Source: a virus. Taken from it: a stretch of DNA of 64,000 bases. Position numbers and translations under genes: made by a program. The stretch spans positions 1 to 64,000 of IMG/VR virus record IMGVR_UViG_3300025711_000007; one strand, written 5' to 3'. Under the pieces are notes generated by a model. The model did no database searches. It saw only the letters and a list, made by a program, of their open reading frames with translations, and was not told the origin of the DNA. This document shows, in pieces, positions 35,050 through 44,000 of the stretch (positions are counted from its first letter, which is position 1; each line of letters starts with the position of its first letter).

Positions 35050-38000
35050 GTGTCCTTTTTCTCCCCGCCGCCTCTGCCGCCGCGACGCCGGCCTGGTCCG
35101 CCGCTCGGTGTCCAGAGCTCGGTGGACGGGGTCGGCGCGATCACCGGGTCTGGCGACCTGGCCGGCGCGTCGGCGCCGCCCGGCGCTGGCGCGCTGACCG
35201 GCTCCGGGACCCTGGCCGGCGCCGGCGCGGCGCTGGCCGCCGGGGCGGGCGCCCTGACCGGGTCCGGCACGCTGGCGGGAGCTGCCGCCACGTTCCCGCT
35301 GTCGGTGTCCGCCAACGGGCGCTACCTTGTGCAGGCCAACGGGACGCCGTTCCTGATCTGCGCCGACGCGACGTGGTCGATCTTCGTCGACATCCCGCTC
35401 GCCGGGCTCAGTTCGTTCCTCGGGACGATCGCCGCCCAGGGGTTCAACGCGGTCTCCGGCAACGCGATCGAGCACCACTTCTCCGTCGTCAAGCCACCCA
35501 AGGAGCGCGGCGGCCTCCTGCCGTTCACGCAGCGGATGGACGGGACGTCGTACACGGGGTCCCCGAACGGGACGACCGGGGCGTCCGGCACCCAGGGCCA
35601 GTTCGCTAGCGACAACTATAGCAACATAAGCAACCAGGCTCCGGACTGCACGTTCGTCAACAACAGCTACTGGGTGGTGCTGGAGACGATCCTCGACGCA
35701 TGCCTCGCGAACGGGTTGCTCGTGTTCGTGTGGCCCGGGTACCTCGGGTTCAACGCCGGCGACGAGGGCTGGGCCGGCGAGATGGTGGCGTGGGACGCGG
35801 TCACCGGGGCTGGCGGCTTCACCGGGCAGCCGTTCGCCGACCCGACCAAGACGAAGATGTGGAACTACGGCGCGTGGCTCGCCGCGCGCTGGAAGAACTA
35901 CGGCAACATCATCTGGGTGATGGGCGGGGACTACGGGTCCGGGACGCACCCGCTCACGGGCCCGCAGTCGGCGGCGGCGAGCAACCTGATGGCGGGGATG
36001 AAGTCGGTGGCGGGGCAGCAGTCGCTGCTGTTCACGGGTCACTGGGACCGTTCGTCGCTGTCGACGGACACGGCGTTGGCCGCCGGGTCGTTCGACGTCA
36101 ACGGGTGCTACTCCGACGACGCGACCGCCGAGCTCGCGCGGCGTGGGTACGCCGCGTCGCCGACCAAGCCCGTCGTCGGGCTCGAGGCGTACTACGAGGA
36201 CAGCGCGGTCGGCGGCAGCGCGCCGTGGAGGAAGTACCTCTACTGGCAGTTCGTCGGCGGGATCGCGGGCGGCTTCTTCGGTAACGAGCAGCTGTGGAGG
36301 TTCGACGACGGAACCCCGGGCACCGACTACACCACGCTGCTCTCGACCCAGTCGACGAACGACGCCGTGCGGCAGTTCTCGCTGTGGCGGACGCTGCCGT
36401 GGCACCGGCTGAAGCCGTCCGGGCTCGGAGGCATGGGCACGCTGATCACCGCGGGTGGAGGCACGGCGAGTCCGCAGTCGACCGACTACGTCGCGGCGGC
36501 GGCGACGTCGGAGGGTGACCTGCTGGTCGCCTACGTCCCGCCAGCGCACACGGGGACGATCACGGTGAGCATGACCGTGATGGCAGCGTCCGCGCGGGCT
36601 CGCTGGTTCGACCCGACCAACGGGACCTTCACGCAGATCGGCGTGGTCGCCAACACGGGGACCCACGTCTTCACCCTCCCAGGGACCAACAGCGCCGGCG
36701 ACGCCGACTTCCTGCTCGTGCTCGACACGCCGGCCGGCGCGCTGACCGGCTCCGGGACCCTGGCCGGCGCCGGCGCGGCGCTGGCCGCCGGGGCGGGCGC
36801 CCTGACCGGGTCCGGCACGCTCGCCGGGGTTGGCGCCGCCTCGGCTGCTGGGTCTGGGACCCTAGCCGGGTCCGGCACGATCGCCGGGGTCGGGGCTGCC
36901 TCGGCCGCCGGCGTCGGCAGTGTCACCGGGTCCGGAGACCTCGCGGGGACCGGAGCCACCGTGATCCCGGGGTCCTCCGCGCTCGCCGGCTCCGGCACGA
37001 TTGCTGGAGTCGGCGCCGAGCTCGCGGCCGGCGCTGGCGCGCTGACCGGATCGGGCACGATCGCCGGGGCCGGCGCGTTCGTGCTGCCGGGAGCCGGGGC
37101 CGGCAACCTGACCGGCTCCGGGACCCTGGCCGGCGCCGGCGCGGCGCTGGCCGCCGGGGCGGGCGCCCTGACCGGGTCCGGCACGCTCGCCGGGGTCGGG
37201 GCGGCGCTCGTCGCCGGCGCGGGCGCGCTGACCGGATCGGGGACGCTCGCCGGGGTCGCGGCCACGACCGCGCCCGGAGCGGGCGTGATCACCGGGTCCG
37301 GAGACCTGGCCGGCGCCGCCGTCGTGCCCGCGGCGGGGTCCATCGTCGGCTCCGGCACGATCGCGGGCGTTAGCACCAGCACCCCTGCTCCCGAGGTACA
37401 AACGAACATGCCGCCAGCTCCGGTGACCCCGTCGAACCAGCCGGCTGCGTCGGCGGTCATCAGGCAGACGTCGTCGCGGTTCAGCTCGGTGTTGTCCCTC
37501 GACGACCTGACGCCGAGGTACCTGCAGGACAACTACCTCACCGGGTTCACCATCACCGGGTCCGACGGCCAGCCGCTCCCGCCGAAGTTCTATGAGGACA
37601 AGATAGCCGACGCCATAGCGAAGCTGGAGAGCGTGACGCACATCGACGTCTTGGAACGAGACGTCACCGGAGAGAAGCACGACTACCACACGAACGACTA
37701 CCTCAACTACGCGTACCTGCAGCTGTTCCGCACCCCCTGCCAGTCCATCAGCCAGGTCCGCGCGGTGTACCCGACGGGGCAGGTGATCCAGGTGTTCCCG
37801 TCCGAGTGGGTGCGCGTCTACGTCGAGCACAGCCAGATCCACCTCGTCCCGACCTCCGGCTCCCTCGCCCAGGTGATGCTCGGCGGCGGCAACGGGTACC
37901 TGCCGTTCATCTTCGCCGGCCTGTCGTACCTGCCGAACCTGTGGGAGGTCGACTACGTCTCCGGGTTCCGTGTGGACGGGGTCCCGCGGGAGGTCGTGAG

Positions 38001-38268
38001 CGCCGTCTGCAAGCTCGCCGCGATCGAGGTGCTGACCATCGCGAGCGACCTCGTCGGGCCGCTCGGCATCGCGTCTACCAGCCTCGGCATCGACGGCATG
38101 TCGCAGTCGATCGCCCGGCAGCTGCCGGCCTTCAAGGCGCGGATCGACCAGTACCGGGTCGACCTCGGCATCCCGGGCCCGGCGCTCGGGGTCGACCCGA
38201 AGTACACCACCGGAGAGATCGGGCAGCTCCGCCGCACCTACCTCGGCATGGTAGCGGTGAGCGTCTAG
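35050..38268 (+). CDS. head-tail adaptor/neck protein fused to Gly/Ala repeats and a DUF4038 (apiosidase-like) glycoside hydrolase domain
   Basis: LSVSANGRYLVQANGTPFLICADATW, NIIWVMGGD, KPVVGLEAYYE, ARWFDPTNG; C-terminal GIASTSLGIDGMSQS neck motif. Confidence 0.75.
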   Translation: MSFFSPPPLPPRRRPGPPLGVQSSVDGVGAITGSGDLAGASAPPGAGALTGSGTLAGAGAALAAGAGALTGSGTLAGAAATFPLSVSANGRYLVQANGTPFLICADATWSIFVDIPLAGLSSFLGTIAAQGFNAVSGNAIEHHFSVVKPPKERGGLLPFTQRMDGTSYTGSPNGTTGASGTQGQFASDNYSNISNQAPDCTFVNNSYWVVLETILDACLANGLLVFVWPGYLGFNAGDEGWAGEMVAWDAVTGAGGFTGQPFADPTKTKMWNYGAWLAARWKNYGNIIWVMGGDYGSGTHPLTGPQSAAASNLMAGMKSVAGQQSLLFTGHWDRSSLSTDTALAAGSFDVNGCYSDDATAELARRGYAASPTKPVVGLEAYYEDSAVGGSAPWRKYLYWQFVGGIAGGFFGNEQLWRFDDGTPGTDYTTLLSTQSTNDAVRQFSLWRTLPWHRLKPSGLGGMGTLITAGGGTASPQSTDYVAAAATSEGDLLVAYVPPAHTGTITVSMTVMAASARARWFDPTNGTFTQIGVVANTGTHVFTLPGTNSAGDADFLLVLDTPAGALTGSGTLAGAGAALAAGAGALTGSGTLAGVGAASAAGSGTLAGSGTIAGVGAASAAGVGSVTGSGDLAGTGATVIPGSSALAGSGTIAGVGAELAAGAGALTGSGTIAGAGAFVLPGAGAGNLTGSGTLAGAGAALAAGAGALTGSGTLAGVGAALVAGAGALTGSGTLAGVAATTAPGAGVITGSGDLAGAAVVPAAGSIVGSGTIAGVSTSTPAPEVQTNMPPAPVTPSNQPAASAVIRQTSSRFSSVLSLDDLTPRYLQDNYLTGFTITGSDGQPLPPKFYEDKIADAIAKLESVTHIDVLERDVTGEKHDYHTNDYLNYAYLQLFRTPCQSISQVRAVYPTGQVIQVFPSEWVRVYVEHSQIHLVPTSGSLAQVMLGGGNGYLPFIFAGLSYLPNLWEVDYVSGFRVDGVPREVVSAVCKLAAIEVLTIASDLVGPLGIASTSLGIDGMSQSIARQLPAFKARIDQYRVDLGIPGPALGVDPKYTTGEIGQLRRTYLGMVAVSV
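35191..37187 (+). repeat. three identical ~80-bp copies within a 21-aa AGAGALTGSGTLAG repeat array
   Basis: copies at 35191-35273, 36739-36821, 37108-37187. Confidence 0.85.
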
Positions 38269-38270
38269 CG

Positions 38271-39083
38271 ATGGGCGGCGTGACCAAGGGCGGGGGCGTC
38301 GCTCGAGGGGGAGGGATTCGGATCTCCGTCCCGTCGCCGACAGGCGAGTGGAACCCGCAGTGGCAGGACAACGTCGTCGACTTCGACCGCGACCAGTTCA
38401 CCCGGTTCATCGCGGACAAGGGGTACGACGTGGTCTGGGAGAAGGCCGTGCTGTGCCCGAACGTGCCAGGCACCGGGTTGTCGCCGCGCGACCACGTGAT
38501 CGGGTGCCCGGTCTGCGGCGGTGGCGGGTTCATCTACGTCGACCCGCAGCCGACGAAGATGCTGATGCAGGGGATCCGGCTCAACCAGAGCTTCTTCGCG
38601 TACGGCCGCTGGGACGTCGGGAACATGCTCGTGACGGCAGAGCCGGAGTTCACCATGGACTACTTCGACAGGCTGACCCTGCAGAACGGCGTCGGGCGGT
38701 TCACGCAGCGCCTGGTCCGCCAGCCCGGGGTCGCGGCGGACAAGCTCAAGTACGCGCCGCTGTGCTTCCACCACGTCGCGTGGGTCGACCGATCCGGGAC
38801 GCTCGTCTCGTTCGCGGACGGTGTCGACTTCCGGACCTCGGCGGACGACTCGTCGGTCGAGTGGCTCGGTCCGGTTCAGCCCGACGCCGGCAGCTTCTAC
38901 ACCGTGTGCTACGACTACCGACCGCGGTACGTCGTCCTCGACCTCGTCCACCACCATCGCGACTCCACCATCGAGGGTCAGCACTACCAGTTCCCGGTGC
39001 AGGCGGTGGCGAAGCTCGACTACCTCACGCGGAACGAAGGTGCAGATGCGCGTCAAATTGTCGATAAGAATCCCTTCGAGTAG
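38271..39083 (+). CDS. neck/head-completion protein
   Basis: GYDVVWEKAVLCP...CPVCGGGGFIY. Confidence 0.75.
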   Translation: MGGVTKGGGVARGGGIRISVPSPTGEWNPQWQDNVVDFDRDQFTRFIADKGYDVVWEKAVLCPNVPGTGLSPRDHVIGCPVCGGGGFIYVDPQPTKMLMQGIRLNQSFFAYGRWDVGNMLVTAEPEFTMDYFDRLTLQNGVGRFTQRLVRQPGVAADKLKYAPLCFHHVAWVDRSGTLVSFADGVDFRTSADDSSVEWLGPVQPDAGSFYTVCYDYRPRYVVLDLVHHHRDSTIEGQHYQFPVQAVAKLDYLTRNEGADARQIVDKNPFE

Positions 39084-39819
39084 CAGAGGGTTCCTCGCGG
39101 ACAAGGTGTCGCGCGCGTACGCGCGCGCCGTAGTCGACGTGGCCGGACCGCGGATCGCGTCCCTCGTCCGCGACCGGGCGTCCGCGGCGGCGGACAAGCT
39201 GGCTATGGGCTTCGCGCCGCAGTACAAGGCGGCGCTCGCCGGCGCCGACGCCGTGGTCGTCACGGAGAAGGCGGTGACGATCACGGTCACTGACCCGATC
39301 GTGGTCGCGGCCGAGCGCGGCGCCCCGGCGTTCGACATGAAGGCGAAGCTGCTCTCGCGCGGGAAGCCGAGCAAAAGCGGCGGCGTCTACGTGGACGTCC
39401 CGATTCGCCACAAGCCCGGATCGGTCCCGCAGGCGATCCGCACGGCGGGCCGCCGGGCGGCCAGGAGCTCCGGTGGCGTCGGCCAGGTCAGGCTACCGGC
39501 GAGGACCGAAGGTAGGGTATTCACGCGCGCGCTCCACCGCGGTCCGGTCGCCCAGGCGATCGGGGTCGCGCCGAAGAAGCAGGAGGTCAAGCACAAGCGC
39601 GGTGTCCACGACGACCTCGTGCGCAGCGCGACCCGGAAGCGGGGAGGTGGGTTGGTGGTGCGGTATACGACCATACGCAGGATATCGTCGCGCAGCGCGG
39701 CGTCGTCGTGGTGGCACCCGGGGTTCAAGGCGCGCCACGTCCTCGACGAGGTGCTGCCGCGATCGCGCCGGGAGATCGCGGCGATCATCCGCGACGCGAT
39801 CGCGGCGAGGAGCGCGTGA
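39046..39819 (+). CDS. putative tail completion protein
   Basis: FDMKAKLL, YVDVPIRH, SWWHPG; synteny. Confidence 0.65.
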   Translation: MRVKLSIRIPSSSRGFLADKVSRAYARAVVDVAGPRIASLVRDRASAAADKLAMGFAPQYKAALAGADAVVVTEKAVTITVTDPIVVAAERGAPAFDMKAKLLSRGKPSKSGGVYVDVPIRHKPGSVPQAIRTAGRRAARSSGGVGQVRLPARTEGRVFTRALHRGPVAQAIGVAPKKQEVKHKRGVHDDLVRSATRKRGGGLVVRYTTIRRISSRSAASSWWHPGFKARHVLDEVLPRSRREIAAIIRDAIAARSA

Positions 39820-40559
39820 TGTCGGACACGGTGTCGAGCCCGAGCAGCAACTTCACGGTCCCGCAGACGCAGCCGGCCGGGCTGCGCATCCCGGAGTTCG
39901 CCATCCGCCAGCTCATCGGGTGGGCGATCGGGCGGGTGAGGGAGAAGATCGGGACGCCCGACGACGTCGTCGACCAGCTGTTCGCGTTCGTGCCTCACGA
40001 CACGCGCGAGCAGTTCAAGCAGTGGCTGCTGCAGAACCAGAACATATATCTGGACGTAAGTTGGCCGAGGGACCCGGTAAGTCTGGCGATGATCGTTGTG
40101 GAGCCGCAGTCAGAAGCGGAAGACACCACCAGCACGTTTCTTGGCGACTCTGTCGGCACAACGATCCGCGGGCAGTTCAGCGGACAGACAGTTACAGAAT
40201 CGCTCGCGTACGGAATTCCAGAGATACATAACACCAACATATACATCGCGTCGGACGACGATAGATTGACGCTGTTCTTGTACACGCTCGTGAAGTTCAT
40301 CGTGCTTCACAACAAAGCGTCGCTCGATCGGTTCTACGACGTCCACAACCTTAGCTTGTCGGGCGGCGTGCTGGAGCACGACACCGACAGGATGCCGCAG
40401 TTCGTGTACTACAGGGTGCTGCAGGCCCGCTACATGACCATCTTCGACTTCAACGGCGACGCGAGCAGCGCGATCGCGTCCGTCAGCTTGGGGCTCAGCG
40501 TCGCTGAGTTCATCGACGGCGAGGAGGTCGATACCGTCGTCGAGCCGTCGGTGACCTGA
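39819..40559 (+). CDS. putative tail terminator
   Basis: position before sheath gene. Confidence 0.6.
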   Translation: MSDTVSSPSSNFTVPQTQPAGLRIPEFAIRQLIGWAIGRVREKIGTPDDVVDQLFAFVPHDTREQFKQWLLQNQNIYLDVSWPRDPVSLAMIVVEPQSEAEDTTSTFLGDSVGTTIRGQFSGQTVTESLAYGIPEIHNTNIYIASDDDRLTLFLYTLVKFIVLHNKASLDRFYDVHNLSLSGGVLEHDTDRMPQFVYYRVLQARYMTIFDFNGDASSAIASVSLGLSVAEFIDGEEVDTVVEPSVT

Positions 40560-40632
40560 TGTAGGCGCCGCGGCCGTGGTAAATGTGCCGAGGGCCCCGC
40601 GGTTTTTTGATGTAGGATAGGAGCTGAACTCC

Positions 40633-40920
40633 ATGCCGCAAGACAGCCAGGACGACAAGGAGAAACCCGCCGCGGTCGGTCGCACGTACCGCGACGAGGT
40701 GGCTTCGCCGATCACGACGCCCGAGGCCGTCGCCGCGCGCCAGGTGCGCCAGGCGAGGTACCTGGGCCCTGACGCGGTGACCATCCAGGTCTACTTCGTG
40801 GTCAAGCAGATCAACAACGTGATCCTCCAGGCGAGCATGCTCGCCTATACAGACGTGCGCACCGCCAGCGTCAGTGAGTTCGATGAGATTTTCGCCAACC
40901 ACCACGAGGTGAAGTCTTAA
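40633..40920 (+). CDS. small pre-sheath protein
   Basis: AGGAG RBS; coupled to sheath gene. Confidence 0.65.
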   Translation: MPQDSQDDKEKPAAVGRTYRDEVASPITTPEAVAARQVRQARYLGPDAVTIQVYFVVKQINNVILQASMLAYTDVRTASVSEFDEIFANHHEVKS

Positions 40921-42740
40921 TGACCACGCAAGTCATGTTCAATGGTCAGGTCATCGTTCGTCCTGGCGCGTACACGCAGATCGACGCGTCGCAGTTCCAG
41001 AGCACGGTGCTGCAGGGGCTCGGCATCGTCGGCCTGATCGGGGAGGCGGACCAGGGCCAACCTCGGGTCCCGCTGTCGTTCCTGGCACCGGCCGACGTCA
41101 GGAAGGCGTACGTGTCCGGGGACCTCGTCGAGGCCGCCGCGATGGTAGCTGACCCGAGCGGCGACCCTCGCGTCCCGACCGGGGCGCAGCAGATCGTCTG
41201 CTACAAGGTCAACGGCGGGACGCGGTCGACCGTGACCAGCGCGCCGTTCACGTTCACGTCTCTGCAATGGGGCATCCTGCAGAACAACATCACCGTGGCG
41301 GTGGCGGTGAGCTCCCCGGGGTTCGTCGTCACGGTCACGAACCTCGACGCGTTCGGCGCCCTCATCTCCGAGGTCAGCACGGTCGTCGGCGGTACGGGCA
41401 AGTTCACGGTCCAGTATACCGGCGCCGGCTCGGCCGCGACGATGACGATCAACGCCACGACGCTGACCACGACCGTCACGGGAGCCGCCGCCGACAACCT
41501 CAGCCTCAGCTTCGCTGATTACCCGACGCTGTCGCTGTTGCTGCAAGCCATCTCGGCGACCGGCAAGTACGCGGTGACCGCGTTGGTCACCAACAGCAAC
41601 AGCTTCGCGAGCGGCCAGCTCGACGGGGTGACGGCGGTCGACATCAAGACGGCGCTGACCACCGTGTTCGCGAAGAACGCGGACATCGTCAACTGGGTCA
41701 ACGCGAACAGCCAGCAGATCAGCGCCACGTCCACGGCGGGGGCGGTGGCGTTCACCGGGCCGCTCGCCGCGACCCAGCTGACCGGAGGGACGCGCGGCAC
41801 GTCGACGAACACCAACTGGGCCGACGGGTTCACCGCGCTGTCGAACGTCCGGATCAACCAGACGATCCCGCTCGCGTCCGCCGACGCCGTCACCGCCCAG
41901 GGCACCTTCACGATCGCGTCGATCGCGAGCGCCGCCGTGGCGTACGCGAAGCTCGCGAGCTCCACGGCGGGCCAGAACGAGGTCCAGGCGTGGATCGGCG
42001 TGAGCCAGAACAAGACGACCCTCATCGCGACGGCCAACGCGCAGAACAGCGAGCACCTCGAACTGTTTGGGCAGCGGGTGCAGCGCACCGCCAGCGTCGG
42101 TGGTCAGACGTACATCGGCGGGTCACTCCTCAACTACACCGCCGGCCAGAGCATCTTTTTCCCGGAGTGGGCGACGGCGTGCGTCGCCGCCGGCATGCGC
42201 GCCGGCGCGCCGCTGGGCGAGCCGCTCACCTGGAAGTTCGCCAACGTCACCGGCGTCAGCAGCGACGCCACGTGGTCCGAGCAGAACAACACCGACGTCG
42301 TGGCGATGGAGCTGAACGGCGTCTGCGTGGTCAACCAGGTGCGTGGTCGCGGGTTCCGGTTCGACAAGATGATCACCACGTACACGCGGTCGAACAACGA
42401 CGCGTACACCGAGGAGATCATCGTCCAGGGGTGGAAGCTCGTGGCGTTCAACCTGCGCCAGGCGCTGCAGGACGCGTTCGTCGGCCGCGGCGGGTCGCTG
42501 CAGCGGGTGTCAACCGTCCCGGCGGTCGTCGCCACCGTGATGCAGCCGTTCAAGGACGCCGGCCTGATCACCGACAGCACCGCGAACGGTCAGCGCGTCA
42601 ACGCGTGGCGCAAGGTCAACTGGTCCCTCAGCGGTGACCAGCTGAGGGTCGACGTCACGGTCACCATCACCCCGGGCATCAACTACGTGCTCACCACGAT
42701 CGTCCTCGTCCCCGCCCAGATCAGCGGCGCGGCGGCGTAG
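40920..42740 (+). CDS. contractile tail sheath protein
   Basis: RPGAY N-terminus, GLIGEADQG, GEPLTWK, ITTY, ITPGINYV. Confidence 0.92.
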   Translation: MTTQVMFNGQVIVRPGAYTQIDASQFQSTVLQGLGIVGLIGEADQGQPRVPLSFLAPADVRKAYVSGDLVEAAAMVADPSGDPRVPTGAQQIVCYKVNGGTRSTVTSAPFTFTSLQWGILQNNITVAVAVSSPGFVVTVTNLDAFGALISEVSTVVGGTGKFTVQYTGAGSAATMTINATTLTTTVTGAAADNLSLSFADYPTLSLLLQAISATGKYAVTALVTNSNSFASGQLDGVTAVDIKTALTTVFAKNADIVNWVNANSQQISATSTAGAVAFTGPLAATQLTGGTRGTSTNTNWADGFTALSNVRINQTIPLASADAVTAQGTFTIASIASAAVAYAKLASSTAGQNEVQAWIGVSQNKTTLIATANAQNSEHLELFGQRVQRTASVGGQTYIGGSLLNYTAGQSIFFPEWATACVAAGMRAGAPLGEPLTWKFANVTGVSSDATWSEQNNTDVVAMELNGVCVVNQVRGRGFRFDKMITTYTRSNNDAYTEEIIVQGWKLVAFNLRQALQDAFVGRGGSLQRVSTVPAVVATVMQPFKDAGLITDSTANGQRVNAWRKVNWSLSGDQLRVDVTVTITPGINYVLTTIVLVPAQISGAAA

Positions 42741-42755
42741 GAGAGGAGCTGACAG

Positions 42756-43238
42756 ATGGCACGCACCGCGCTCCCGCTAGGCCAAGGCACCCGCGTCATA
42801 TCCGGCGCTCGGTGCGTGTTCCTGTTCAACGGCGAGATCGTCGGATTCGCGTCCGGCGTGTCGGGGTCCGAGGAGATCCAGTACGAGCCGGTCGACACGC
42901 TCGACCACCTGGAGGTGCGCGAGCACGTCCCGGTCGGGTACCGGGTCACGCTCGGCGCGCAGCTGTTCCGCACCGTGTCTCAGGGCGCGAGCGACGATGT
43001 CAACGCCCCCGGGTCGCTGAAGCAGCAGCAGATCTTCCCGAAGTTCGACCAGATCTTCCGCATCCAGGGCGTCGACGCGGTCATCCAGGACCACCAGGTT
43101 ACGGGGAAGATCCTCCACCAGTTCCAGACGGTGAAGACGTCGAGCTACAACTTCAACATCACCCCGCGCGGCATCGTCGGCCAGAACGTCAACTTCGTCG
43201 CGATCCGGGCGCTCGACGAGTCCGAGGTCCAGCCGTGA
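42756..43238 (+). CDS. tail tube protein
   Basis: follows sheath; ISGARCVFLFNGEIVG, EHVPVGY. Confidence 0.8.
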   Translation: MARTALPLGQGTRVISGARCVFLFNGEIVGFASGVSGSEEIQYEPVDTLDHLEVREHVPVGYRVTLGAQLFRTVSQGASDDVNAPGSLKQQQIFPKFDQIFRIQGVDAVIQDHQVTGKILHQFQTVKTSSYNFNITPRGIVGQNVNFVAIRALDESEVQP

Positions 43239-43612
43239 GCGATGACGGCAATAAGGACGTAGTCAAGATCGTCGACACCAAAGACGACAAAGCCGTCTCG
43301 TTCACGAAGTCGTTCACCGTGACGTGGACGAACGCCGAGACCGGGATCGTCAACGTCGGGACGTTCACGGCGACGCGTCCCGGCCTCGGCGCCATGGGTC
43401 AGATCGCCGTCTACAAGGCGAAGCTGAATGGCGGCGAGAAGGTCGACCCTATGACCGACATCATGCATCAGATGATGGCGGACCTGCACTACATCCTGAC
43501 GGATGTCCCGGCTTGGTGGAAACCGAGCGAGTTCTTCACCGCTAGCCCACTGCGTGACGTGTGGGACCACGTGGTGGCGTGGTCGAGCACCTTTCGAGCA
43601 CGCGTGGGGTGA
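43235..43612 (+). CDS. tail assembly chaperone (short form)
   Basis: between tube and tape measure; LTDVPAWW. Confidence 0.75.
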   Translation: MSDDGNKDVVKIVDTKDDKAVSFTKSFTVTWTNAETGIVNVGTFTATRPGLGAMGQIAVYKAKLNGGEKVDPMTDIMHQMMADLHYILTDVPAWWKPSEFFTASPLRDVWDHVVAWSSTFRARVG

Positions 43613-44000
43613 CGACCGCCGACTGCTGCGCGCCGTAGCAGCTGCCCGGGTCCGCAACGAGTCGCTGCAGCGGTGGTGGTGTAAGAAGTACAACCGGCCA
43701 CGGAAGGACCCGCTGCTAGCCGAGTACACGCTGGAGGAGCTGATGATCGAGTACCTGGAGGACGTCATCGAGAGCGACCCAGCGGAGGAGTTCCCGCAGA
43801 GCGTCCAAGAGTCCGGGCTCTACGTGCACAAGACCGGGGACGCGCTGGTCGACAGGTGGCAGGCGGACGCCGCGCTCGGCAAGGAGATCGACTTCGACGA
43901 GGCGTTCAAGGACCCGGAGGCGAGGGAGCAGTGGGAGGCGGTCAAGGCCGCGTCCCGCGCGCGCCACCAGGCCAAGCACGGCGGCGAGGGCGGGCGCTGA
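43593..44000 (+). CDS. tail assembly chaperone extension reached by +1 frameshift
   Basis: +1 frame after ACC TTT CGA; WWCKKYNRPRKDPLL; no convincing own start. Confidence 0.7.
   Translation, partial: FEHAWGDDRRLLRAVAAARVRNESLQRWWCKKYNRPRKDPLLAEYTLEELMIEYLEDVIESDPAEEFPQSVQESGLYVHKTGDALVDRWQADAALGKEIDFDEAFKDPEAREQWEAVKAASRARHQAKHGGEGGR

Noticed and set aside
35140-37370. CRISPR-like or mobile repeat array
   Set aside because: Repeats are in-frame coding units with no unique spacers and no cas genes
40566-40610. Intrinsic terminator before the T6 run
   Set aside because: Stem is imperfect and ambiguous
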